From the NCBI GenBank assembly GCA_038151515.1, contig JAYOVN010000004.1, positions 5,799-69,798 on the forward strand: DNA of 64,000 nt, given 5' to 3'. Position 1 is the first letter of the stretch. The number at the start of each line of letters is the position of its first letter. Positions 1 to 8,041 of the stretch are shown piece after piece. The notes beneath the pieces are model-generated. The model was not told the DNA's origin, made no database searches, and saw only the letters and a program-made list of their open reading frames with translations. The position numbers and the translations under genes are program-made. Origin of the DNA: Gammaproteobacteria bacterium. Lineage in GTDB: Bacteria > Pseudomonadota > Gammaproteobacteria > Pseudomonadales > Azotimanducaceae.

Positions 1-1051
1 CAAACTCTGGATTGTGAATCACCACATTTGGCGGAGCCACGGCCAGCATGGGATGGATGGAAGGTAGTCGATAACTGACGTTGCCCATGTCCGTGCTCCC
101 AGCGCCGAATTTCAGTGCCTCTTCGTGCTCTACAAAACTGCGTCCCAGTTTCTCCGCATGATGACGAAACCGTTCTGCCAAGGGCCAATTCGTGTTGAGA
201 TCCAAATAATCCACCCCAGCCCAATTCACTTCAACGGTACACCCACTGCCAGTGGCTCCAGCCTCAAAACAGGCTTGAACCCTAGGCTTGAGCTTCGCCA
301 AATCTTTTTCATTGGCTGCTCTCACGTAAAACTGGCCGACTGTTCGGTCTGGAACAATATTCGGTGCAGACCCACCCTCTTCCACAATGCCGTGAATACG
401 TTCGGAGGCTCGAATGTGCTGGCGCAAATTTGAAATGGCCTGATAGGCAAGCAGCAATCCGTCCAAGGCGTTAACACCCTTATGCGGCATGGCAGACGCG
501 TGAGAGGCCTTGCCGTGATAAATAACTTCCACCTCGGCGATGCAGATAGACGGCATGGTGGCTAAATTCACACCCGCGGGATGGATCATCAGGGCAGCAT
601 CGATACCCTCGAAGGCCCCCGACCTAGCCATCAGTTCCTTGCCGCCACCGCGCTCCTCGGCAGGCGTTCCCAGCAGTTTAACTCGCCCGGGCAGTTGACC
701 TGAAACCTGATTCAAGGCCAAAGCGGCTCCTAGCGCGGTGGTGGCAATGATGTTGTGCCCACAGGCATGTCCAATCTCCGGCAGCGCATCATACTCCGCT
801 AAAACCGCGACGGTAGGTCCAGTCTCCTTAGGGTTAATCGTGGTTTCAAAGGCGGTTTCCAAAGAATAAACACCTGTCTCCACCTCCATGGCATGGTCCC
901 GAAGAGTCTCGGCCAACAGCTCGCAGGCAAAATGCTCCTCAAATGCCAGCTCCGGTTTTTCGTGAATGGCATGGGATACTCGCAACAGAGTTTCCGCTGA
1001 CGCTTCTACCGCTGCATCAATTTCCTCATGGACACTTGCTTCAGTACTCAT
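1..1051 (-). CDS. M20 family amidohydrolase (3' end runs off the window start)
   Basis: Not in the ORF track. Manual translation from ATG 1051 (RBS GAGGAG) gives MSTEASVHEE...IHEKPELAFEE...AEYDALPEIGHACGHNII...GTPAEE...HGKASHA...GSTDMGNVS, which are typical M20D metal-binding motifs. Confidence 0.88.
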   Translation of the reverse strand, partial: MSTEASVHEEIDAAVEASAETLLRVSHAIHEKPELAFEEHFACELLAETLRDHAMEVETGVYSLETAFETTINPKETGPTVAVLAEYDALPEIGHACGHNIIATTALGAALALNQVSGQLPGRVKLLGTPAEERGGGKELMARSGAFEGIDAALMIHPAGVNLATMPSICIAEVEVIYHGKASHASAMPHKGVNALDGLLLAYQAISNLRQHIRASERIHGIVEEGGSAPNIVPDRTVGQFYVRAANEKDLAKLKPRVQACFEAGATGSGCTVEVNWAGVDYLDLNTNWPLAERFRHHAEKLGRSFVEHEEALKFGAGSTDMGNVSYRLPSIHPMLAVAPPNVVIHNPEF

Positions 1052-1071
1052 TGCCTCTCCTCTTTTCGGTG

Positions 1072-1109
1072 CACCTAAAGACTTGCTTTTGGGTTCATTG
1101 ATTTAGGTG
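1072..1109. other. Intergenic hairpin (8-bp stem CACCTAAA/TTTAGGTG) between the dioxygenase and amidohydrolase genes
   Basis: Perfect inverted repeat at 1072-1079 / 1102-1109 within the 69-nt gap; function not evident. Confidence 0.4.
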
Positions 1110-1120
1110 GTTTACTTAGT

Positions 1121-2341
1121 TCACTGATTCTGGCGTTTATGGCCTACCTTGGCCCGTTTCATCGCCTCGCCTACCGTATAGTTTTTCTGCAGTTGGGCCG
1201 GGCTGGAGCTTCCGCTCAGGGAGCGCACACGCTCATAGTCACCGCGATCCATGGCTTCCCTAAAGGGTTTGATATCGCCCCAAGGATCCGCCAAGCGCCC
1301 GTTCCCGGCAAGACCAAAGCCTTCGATGGTACTGCCGTAAGTTAGGGCCTGTAAGCCAAGGCGATGACGCAGTTTGGGGCTTGCCTCGGCAAGAATCTCC
1401 GGCGCCACAGACACTACCCAGTTTTCCTGTGTGCGCATCCAGGGTTTTACATTACTCATGGTGGCCACAAAGCGTTTGCGATCACTTCTGTTTACACCAG
1501 TTCCGTGTATCAAACGCCCATCAAAAAACAGGATGGTGCCGGCTTTCGCGTCAAGATTGATGGCTGGAGGCAAGGCCTCTATCGCGCCGCCACTGCCGGC
1601 TTCGATCACAGCCTTGTGGGAGCCCGGAATAATTAATGTGCCGCCGTTCGACGCATCAACATCCAGGGGGATAAACATCGTGTTCACCAAGGCCGGTGCC
1701 TCCTGAGTCACCCATGGCAGAAGCGGCCCCTGATCCATGTGTAAGGCCTGAGGATAACCGCCGGGGTCAGCCCCATTGGCTAAAAAGCTGTGACAAATCC
1801 AACCCTTTCCTAGGGTTTCATCGGTGAGCTGCTCCAACAGCGGCCCTGCCTGTACCGCCCGAGGGTCGTGCTGAATGCAGCCCGCGAACTGATCGCCTTT
1901 GTTGATCAGGGTATTGATGTACTGACCCGACGGCGTGATTTGCTGGATCCCCGCAGCTATCTCGCCCCGGGCTTGGTCAAGCAACCGTTGCAAGAACGCC
2001 TGACATTGGGTCTGTGACAGCCCATCCTCAACCAGACAATACCCCCAACGCGCGAAATCTTTGCGCATTTGACCAATGTCTTGAGTGGCCTTCGGCAGGT
2101 TTTGATCCTTCCAGTAAGGGTGTTCGCCCGCCACCGCAGTATCCCAATACCTTCCCTCGCCCCAGACCAACGGTTCCTTGAGGTTCGGCGGCTGCAGCCA
2201 AGGGTTATTCTCCAGCATTGCTTTCAGTGGCTGGCCGCTGCGCCAAAATGACGTAAACAATTGGTCCTGACGCGCAGATGAAGCGGCCACCGTCTCAGGC
2301 CAAAATGCTCTGGGTATGGAATTGACTGCTGTGTCTTCCAT
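1121..2341 (-). CDS. Phytanoyl-CoA dioxygenase (PhyH) family Fe(II)/2-oxoglutarate dioxygenase
   Basis: HxD motif (LHMDQ), distal His (IHGTG), 2OG-binding Arg (NRSDRKR) and GYCLVED segment. Start set at MEDT (2341), which has an upstream GGGAGAG; the ORF track start at 2434 overlaps the promoter region. Confidence 0.8.
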   Translation of the reverse strand: MEDTAVNSIPRAFWPETVAASSARQDQLFTSFWRSGQPLKAMLENNPWLQPPNLKEPLVWGEGRYWDTAVAGEHPYWKDQNLPKATQDIGQMRKDFARWGYCLVEDGLSQTQCQAFLQRLLDQARGEIAAGIQQITPSGQYINTLINKGDQFAGCIQHDPRAVQAGPLLEQLTDETLGKGWICHSFLANGADPGGYPQALHMDQGPLLPWVTQEAPALVNTMFIPLDVDASNGGTLIIPGSHKAVIEAGSGGAIEALPPAINLDAKAGTILFFDGRLIHGTGVNRSDRKRFVATMSNVKPWMRTQENWVVSVAPEILAEASPKLRHRLGLQALTYGSTIEGFGLAGNGRLADPWGDIKPFREAMDRGDYERVRSLSGSSSPAQLQKNYTVGEAMKRAKVGHKRQNQ

Positions 2342-2460
2342 GGCTCTCTCCCGTGTTCGACTACCCAAGAATATCAGAAGCGCCTCGAGAAACGCGCCCT
2401 CGACACTTGGTTCGAGTACACTGGACACCAACAAAAACCAAACTCAACGAGGGGAGAAAA

Positions 2461-3228
2461 ATGGAGCTTAGAGACAAAGTCGTCATCATCACAGGTGGCA
2501 GCGGTGGTATCGGCAAGGCCATGGCCGCAGCGTTTTTAAGGGAAGGTGCCAAGGCCATTATGTTGGCGGATCTGAACGCCGACGCCGTAGCGGCAGCTGC
2601 AGCAGAGCTTGGCTGTGAGGGTATGGCCTGTAACGTAACCGACGAAGCTCAAGTTGTTGCGCTGGTGGATGCGACAACGGCCAAGTACGGCCAAGTAGAC
2701 GTATTTTGCTCCAACGCCGGAGCTGGTGGCGCAGGCGTACTCACAGATGCCGACAATGAAGTTTGGCAGCAACAGTGGGAGTTGCACGTCATGTCGCATC
2801 TGTACGCGGCTCGGGCGGTACTACCCGGCATGATTCAGCGCGGTGAAGGTTACTTGCTCAACACAGCCTCGGCTGCGGGATTGTTAGCTGCCCTGGGGTC
2901 AGGACCGTATACGGTTACCAAGGCTGCAGCGGTCAAGTTTGCAGAGTTCCTCTCCATTACTCACGGCGATGACGGCATCAAAGTGTCTGTGTTATGCCCT
3001 CAAGGTGTAAATACAGCCATGGCCCCCAAGAGTCTTGGCGATGGTCAAACCGACGGCATCATAGAGGCTTCGACGCTGGCGGATACGGTGGTTGAAACAA
3101 TGCGGGAAGAACGCTTCCACGTGCTGCCTCATCCAGAAGTCGAAGAGTATGTGCGCCGCAAAGGTGACAACGTGGACCGGTGGCTCTTAGGTATGCAGCG
3201 CCTACGCAAGCGCACGCTTGAAGGTTAA
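2461..3228 (+). CDS. Short-chain dehydrogenase/reductase
   Basis: TGGSGGIG Rossmann motif, NAG, YxxxK (YTVTK); RBS GGGGAG before ATG 2461. Confidence 0.9.
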   Translation: MELRDKVVIITGGSGGIGKAMAAAFLREGAKAIMLADLNADAVAAAAAELGCEGMACNVTDEAQVVALVDATTAKYGQVDVFCSNAGAGGAGVLTDADNEVWQQQWELHVMSHLYAARAVLPGMIQRGEGYLLNTASAAGLLAALGSGPYTVTKAAAVKFAEFLSITHGDDGIKVSVLCPQGVNTAMAPKSLGDGQTDGIIEASTLADTVVETMREERFHVLPHPEVEEYVRRKGDNVDRWLLGMQRLRKRTLEG

Positions 3229-3240
3229 CCCAAGTGATCC

Positions 3241-3267
3241 GGGTCGACGGGGTGTACCCGTCGACCC
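3241..3267. terminator. Perfect 11-bp GC-rich hairpin between convergent SDR genes (possible bidirectional terminator or REP-like element)
   Basis: GGGTCGACGGG-gtgta-CCCGTCGACCC; no clear U-tract on either side. Confidence 0.55.
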
Positions 3268-3292
3268 CATGGGTTTGACCGACTGAGGACTT

Positions 3293-4087
3293 TTAACAGC
3301 TTAGCCCGCCATCAATAACCAACTCAGACCCCGTCATGTAGCTGGATTCATCACTGGCGAGAAACAGTACGCCGTTGGCAATATCTAACGCTTGCCCGGA
3401 AACACCAATGGGTACCGCTGTTTCCGACATTTCGTCCGGATCGTAGTTGTTGGCACCATCTGTTGCTAACGTCGGGTCGATTTTGTCCCAAATCGGGGTC
3501 GCGATAATCCCTGGATGCACCGAGTTCACTCGCACCGGCCAGCCATTACGGCCACATTCTAAGGCGACGCCCTTGGTGAAGAGCCGCACCCCACCCTTGG
3601 TGGCATTGTAGGCGGACAAACCCGCGGCGCCCTGTAAACCGGCTACCGACGAAATATTGATGACGGAGCCGCCGTCCGACATATCTTTCATCACCGGCAC
3701 ACAGTGTTTAACCCCTAAAAATACGCCGTCCAAATTAATTGCCTGCTGCCGCTGCCAGTCTTCCAGAGACATTTCAAACACGTCACACATGATTGCGATG
3801 CCCGCGTTGTTCACCAGAATATTCAACCCGCCAAACTGACTTTGACACTCGGCAACCACCCGCTCCCACTGAGCCTCGTCAGTAACATCGTGTTGAGAGA
3901 ACTTAGCCTGACCACCCGATGCATTAATTTCGGCGGCAACCTGTTCGCCCTGTAGCGTATCCACATCGGTTAGGAAAACCGCTGCTCCTGCCGCCGCCAG
4001 TCGCTTAGCGCAGGCCGCCCCGATTCCAGATGCCCCGCCACTAACCAAGGCCACTCTTCCCTGTAACCGATTGTCTGATGTGCTCAT
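3293..4087 (-). CDS. Short-chain dehydrogenase/reductase (3-alpha,20-beta-HSD / cyclopentanol dehydrogenase-like)
   Basis: SGGASGIG, NNAG, YNATK, VNSVHPG, C-terminal SSYMTGSELVIDGG; RBS GGGAGAGG before ATG 4087. Confidence 0.9.
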   Translation of the reverse strand: MSTSDNRLQGRVALVSGGASGIGAACAKRLAAAGAAVFLTDVDTLQGEQVAAEINASGGQAKFSQHDVTDEAQWERVVAECQSQFGGLNILVNNAGIAIMCDVFEMSLEDWQRQQAINLDGVFLGVKHCVPVMKDMSDGGSVINISSVAGLQGAAGLSAYNATKGGVRLFTKGVALECGRNGWPVRVNSVHPGIIATPIWDKIDPTLATDGANNYDPDEMSETAVPIGVSGQALDIANGVLFLASDESSYMTGSELVIDGGLSC

Positions 4088-4275
4088 TTCCTCTCCCTTT
4101 CCATGATTTATGTCCTTGGCGTGACGTTGTCCGTACAGCCGACCCTCCGCAACCACCTAATGTACTGAAAACTTAACGTCACGGCATTTGAATTCCGCAG
4201 TATTTCCTCGGCTCTAGTTATTCGGTCTGATTTCGGCTGGCATTTGAGTTGCGCCGGGCAACCCGAGCATTAGAT

Positions 4276-4291
4276 CGTGATCTTGATCACA
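4276..4291. promoter_or_regulatory. CRP/FNR-family-like operator
   Basis: CGTGA-TCTTGA-TCACA matches TGTGA-N6-TCACA at 9/10 positions and lies in a divergent intergenic region. Confidence 0.4.
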
Positions 4292-4371
4292 ACGCCTAAC
4301 AGAACATTGAGGAACCGTGATGTCTGTTAACACTCAACGCGACATTCACAAGGCGCCAAAGGGTAGCACTC

Positions 4372-4818
4372 ATGAGCCACGATACTGCGATTCAAGCTAA
4401 GCCAGCGAGGGGCCGATGTCTTTGCGGTGACATTCGCATCACCTGCAAAGAGATGAACCCAGAAGTCCATGCCTGTCACTGCGCTACCTGTCGGGGCTGG
4501 GGCGGTGGCCCAGCACTGTCCGTAGACTGCGGAAAGCAAGTTGACTTTGAAGGTGCTGAACACCTCACATCCTACGACTCATCCGACTGGGCGGATCGAG
4601 GGTTCTGTGCAAACTGTCGGACTCACCTTTTTTATCGGCTGAAACACGATCAACGCTATATCATGCCCGTGGGCTTGTTCGGCACTGAACATCCGTTTAG
4701 CTTGCACCAACAGATTTTTATCGACGAAAAACCGACTTTTTACGATTTTGCGAATCAGACAGAAATGCTAACAGGCGCAGAAGTCTTCGCCCAAGTAGAC
4801 CCCGATAACTCGCAGTGA
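4372..4818 (+). CDS. GFA/CENP-V family Zn-binding protein
   Basis: GRCLCG, CHCATCR and RGFCANCRTHLFY cysteine pattern; HQQIFIDEKP. Confidence 0.88.
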   Translation: MSHDTAIQAKPARGRCLCGDIRITCKEMNPEVHACHCATCRGWGGGPALSVDCGKQVDFEGAEHLTSYDSSDWADRGFCANCRTHLFYRLKHDQRYIMPVGLFGTEHPFSLHQQIFIDEKPTFYDFANQTEMLTGAEVFAQVDPDNSQ

Positions 4819-4867
4819 CATGACGCTTCCCGATGCAGACTCCCCCATCGATGGACGAATAAGCAGG

Positions 4868-6034
4868 CTAACTTAAAAAACCAAGGCTGGAATGATCTCC
4901 CGATAATACCCGCTTTGCCGGAACCCCTAACCAGTCACTAATAATCGTTCCATAGACCCGACGGAAATCCGTGGTATGGCTGAGATTATCGCCTTCTCCT
5001 AGCCCCTCCAGACTGGGAGAAGCGCCATAATGTCCCCCTGCGACGGGCGTGCCCGCCACCAACATCAGGTTAGCACTGCCGTGATCGGTGCCCAAGTTCG
5101 CGTTTTCCTTGGGCCTGCGGCCAAATTCCGAGTGCAGCATGACGATGACGCGTCGATCATGGCCCATGGCTTTTAAGTCTGTTAAAAACCCGTAAACGGC
5201 ATCAGACACGTAGCTCAATAGTCGTCGATGCAAGGCGGCCTGCTGAACATGGGTATCAAAAGCATTGTTGCGCACCGCGACATGATAGAGCTGGGTAGAC
5301 AGACCAGCATCGATGCAGGCTGCCACCTTGGGAAGATCCATGGGTACTACGCCATAATCTGCTCGGGGACGGTAGTCGCTCCAAGCCTGTCGGATTCGGG
5401 CCGAGGACGCCTGTGCGCTCGCATCTACTGCCAGCAGAAAATCTCGATTCGACCGCACTGGAAAAGGGCTTGGCGGAGAGACAATCATCTGTTGGGACCC
5501 ATTGCGTTGAAAACGCATGGGGTCATCGAAGACCACTGGCGTATGAACAGCGCTTTTGACCGCTAGGGATTGGCTTGTCCCCACACTAATTAGCATATTC
5601 TCTCGGCGCTGGCCGACCATTTGATCTGCCACCCTGCCCATCCAGCCATACTCATTACCCTGATGAGGGGCGCCGGTATGCCAATAGGCCATGGCATTAA
5701 AATGAGAAAAGGTCGGGTTGTCGTAGCCACAGCCGTGAATCAACGCCAATTCATCGCGCTGCCAAAGCTTCTGCATGCCCTGCAAACCTGGGTTGAATCC
5801 AAACTGATCATCCAGCGCCAGAAGTGACGACTTCTCAATACCAAGAGTTGGGCGCAGTCGGTAGTAGTTGTCATCGGCGTAAGGCACGACGGTGTTCAGG
5901 CCGTCGTTGCCGCCGGACATTTCCAGTACCACTAATATCGGCGCCTGGTCATCCTTGTGAACTGCCTGAACCCCAAGCCAAGGACCGATAAGCGTTAGCC
6001 CCGTTAAACTTTGCAGCAGGCTGCGTCGTCTCAT
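4868..6034 (-). CDS. DUF1501 domain protein with Tat-like signal peptide
   Basis: MRRRSLLQ N-terminus plus hydrophobic stretch; GGNDGLN, FDTH, SEFGR, GTDHG motifs; RBS AAGGGG upstream of ATG 6034. Confidence 0.88.
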   Translation of the reverse strand: MRRRSLLQSLTGLTLIGPWLGVQAVHKDDQAPILVVLEMSGGNDGLNTVVPYADDNYYRLRPTLGIEKSSLLALDDQFGFNPGLQGMQKLWQRDELALIHGCGYDNPTFSHFNAMAYWHTGAPHQGNEYGWMGRVADQMVGQRRENMLISVGTSQSLAVKSAVHTPVVFDDPMRFQRNGSQQMIVSPPSPFPVRSNRDFLLAVDASAQASSARIRQAWSDYRPRADYGVVPMDLPKVAACIDAGLSTQLYHVAVRNNAFDTHVQQAALHRRLLSYVSDAVYGFLTDLKAMGHDRRVIVMLHSEFGRRPKENANLGTDHGSANLMLVAGTPVAGGHYGASPSLEGLGEGDNLSHTTDFRRVYGTIISDWLGVPAKRVLSGDHSSLGFLS

Positions 6035-6084
6035 AACCATCCCCTTGGGCACAAAACACGTGTCATCATCTCCTCCGCTCAGGC

Positions 6085-8016
6085 CTAGCCCAACTGATAC
6101 TCCGGGCGACTTAGCATGGCGTGTAGAAGCAACCTCAGAGCCTCCTCGGCATAGCTGCCTGCCGCAGCAACGTCGACAGTTCCGAGCTCTTGCTCCAACA
6201 ACGCCGCCAACGCGGTCCGGACCTCGGGTGTCAGATCGACCTCAAAAAATCGGCGTTCGAACAGCAGCACCACGGCCAGAGGGTCCCTGAGTCCCGCATC
6301 AAGTACCTGTTGGCTTAGGCTCAGTCGAGCAAAGTCTCGCGGCAGAGGCTTGACCCGTTCGATGGCCTTTTGCCAACCCCGCATACTGCCCAGTCGCGTA
6401 TTGAAGGCCTCATCACGATCAGCCAAGGCGTTAGACTGGGCCATCTGGGCTCCGCCCATACCCGTGGGCTTGGTGGCCAAGGACACGCTCTGTCCCTGCC
6501 GCAATCTTTCCTGCACCCGAGCCACTTCCGGCGTTAGCGTGGGAAAGCGGTCCGGAGGCACGAAGTTCAAATCCGGAAAAACCACGTCGAGGACGAAATT
6601 CCCGCGCTCGAACAACAACGAGGGCGTGACCCAACTTCGGCCCCGTGACCAGCCGGCCACCGTCGGCGGATGCATGAGTCGCTGGCCCAAGGCCCCGGTT
6701 GTCACATTAAAATCTGGCACCCCGGGTACATTCCTTAGGCCCAGTTTTCGATAAGTAGAAATCACCAGCTCCACCGGGCTTTTAATGTGCGCCCCTCGGC
6801 GGCTGTAAAAGTCTTCACTGATCAAAAGCTCACCCAAGAACCCCCGGATATCGTAATCGTGCGCACGCAGAAGCTGACCTACCTGATGGCTCTGGGCCTC
6901 GGTCAGCGTGTCACTAACGAAATATCGGTACAGCTTGGATGCGATGAATCGACTGGTTTGAGGTCGCGCTAAAATCTGGTCGATGATGTCGATACCGTCG
7001 AAGTTCCCGCGCTGACCTAAAAATGTCTTTTCACCGACGTCCTGAGTATTAGGATTCAAATAAAAGTCCAGACCGCGTACCGACCAGCCTGTGAAGGCCC
7101 TTGCAGCTTCTCGCACATCCTCCTCGGAGTACTCGCCCACCCCCATGGTGAAAAGCTCCATGATTTCCCGAGCAAAATTCTCATTGGGGGCATCCTTGGT
7201 ATTCACACCGGCGTCCAGGAACACCAACATGGCAGGGTCTTGGGCCACGGCGATCAGTAAGTCTCGGAAATTTCCCAGCCCCAGCGCTCGAAAGGTGTTG
7301 AGCTGTTGCAGCATCTTTCGGTAGTCCCGGACCTTATCCTCATTGGTAGCAAAGTGGCCGTGCCAAAATAGGGCCACTTTTTCTCGCAAAGCATCCTCGC
7401 TTGAAAGCATTTGCTGCGCCCACCAATAACTCACCCGATCGGTTTCGAGGCGACTGGCACGAAGCCAGTAAAAAAACTGGTTAACGATGGGTTGTAGTGG
7501 CCGGTTGCCCCCGGGTTTGACCATAATCCCCAATGCATGCCCCTGATGTTTCGCCATTTCAGTGGTGGCGGGACGGCTGGGTGGAAAAGGATCCAGTCCG
7601 GGCTCAAAAATGCCCGAGTGATCAAACTCTGTTAGCGCAACTCTGGATGCGCCCATAAAGGACTTCAGCGCTTGCCTAGGTTGCTGCCCTATTAGCTCAG
7701 CAATTTGTGCTGGCGTAGCACCAAAGCCTGCCCTAGACGCTAGGTGCTTGGCCTGGCTGACGCTTAGGGGTCGGTCTAGTGGTGTGAGATTTAACAGATC
7801 CTGGGGCGCCGCTGCTCGCGCCGAAGCGGTCCATGAAATCAATAAAAAGACAAAACAACTGGTGATCACTGGGACCAAGCCCGATGCAGGGCCAAGGATT
7901 CTGCGCGCGGCTAACCAAGGCATCGCCCGCGGATTTTCGTCCAAGCTACCCTCGGGATGTGCATTGCCATCTCCTGCTGCATCAGAACCCAAACCCATTA
8001 TCGACATCTGCCTCAC
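6085..8016 (-). CDS. DUF1800 domain protein, probably exported
   Basis: HLASRAGFG, FWHGHFAT, NENFAREIMELFTMG, YSEEDVREAARAFTGW, HIKSPVE, QRLMHPPTVAGW, C-terminal PEYQL. Start codon uncertain (8016 GTG, 8007 ATG or later). Confidence 0.88.
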   Translation of the reverse strand: MRQMSIMGLGSDAAGDGNAHPEGSLDENPRAMPWLAARRILGPASGLVPVITSCFVFLLISWTASARAAAPQDLLNLTPLDRPLSVSQAKHLASRAGFGATPAQIAELIGQQPRQALKSFMGASRVALTEFDHSGIFEPGLDPFPPSRPATTEMAKHQGHALGIMVKPGGNRPLQPIVNQFFYWLRASRLETDRVSYWWAQQMLSSEDALREKVALFWHGHFATNEDKVRDYRKMLQQLNTFRALGLGNFRDLLIAVAQDPAMLVFLDAGVNTKDAPNENFAREIMELFTMGVGEYSEEDVREAARAFTGWSVRGLDFYLNPNTQDVGEKTFLGQRGNFDGIDIIDQILARPQTSRFIASKLYRYFVSDTLTEAQSHQVGQLLRAHDYDIRGFLGELLISEDFYSRRGAHIKSPVELVISTYRKLGLRNVPGVPDFNVTTGALGQRLMHPPTVAGWSRGRSWVTPSLLFERGNFVLDVVFPDLNFVPPDRFPTLTPEVARVQERLRQGQSVSLATKPTGMGGAQMAQSNALADRDEAFNTRLGSMRGWQKAIERVKPLPRDFARLSLSQQVLDAGLRDPLAVVLLFERRFFEVDLTPEVRTALAALLEQELGTVDVAAAGSYAEEALRLLLHAMLSRPEYQLG

Positions 8017-8041
8017 CGTATCTCATTCCTCTCTTGGCGAA

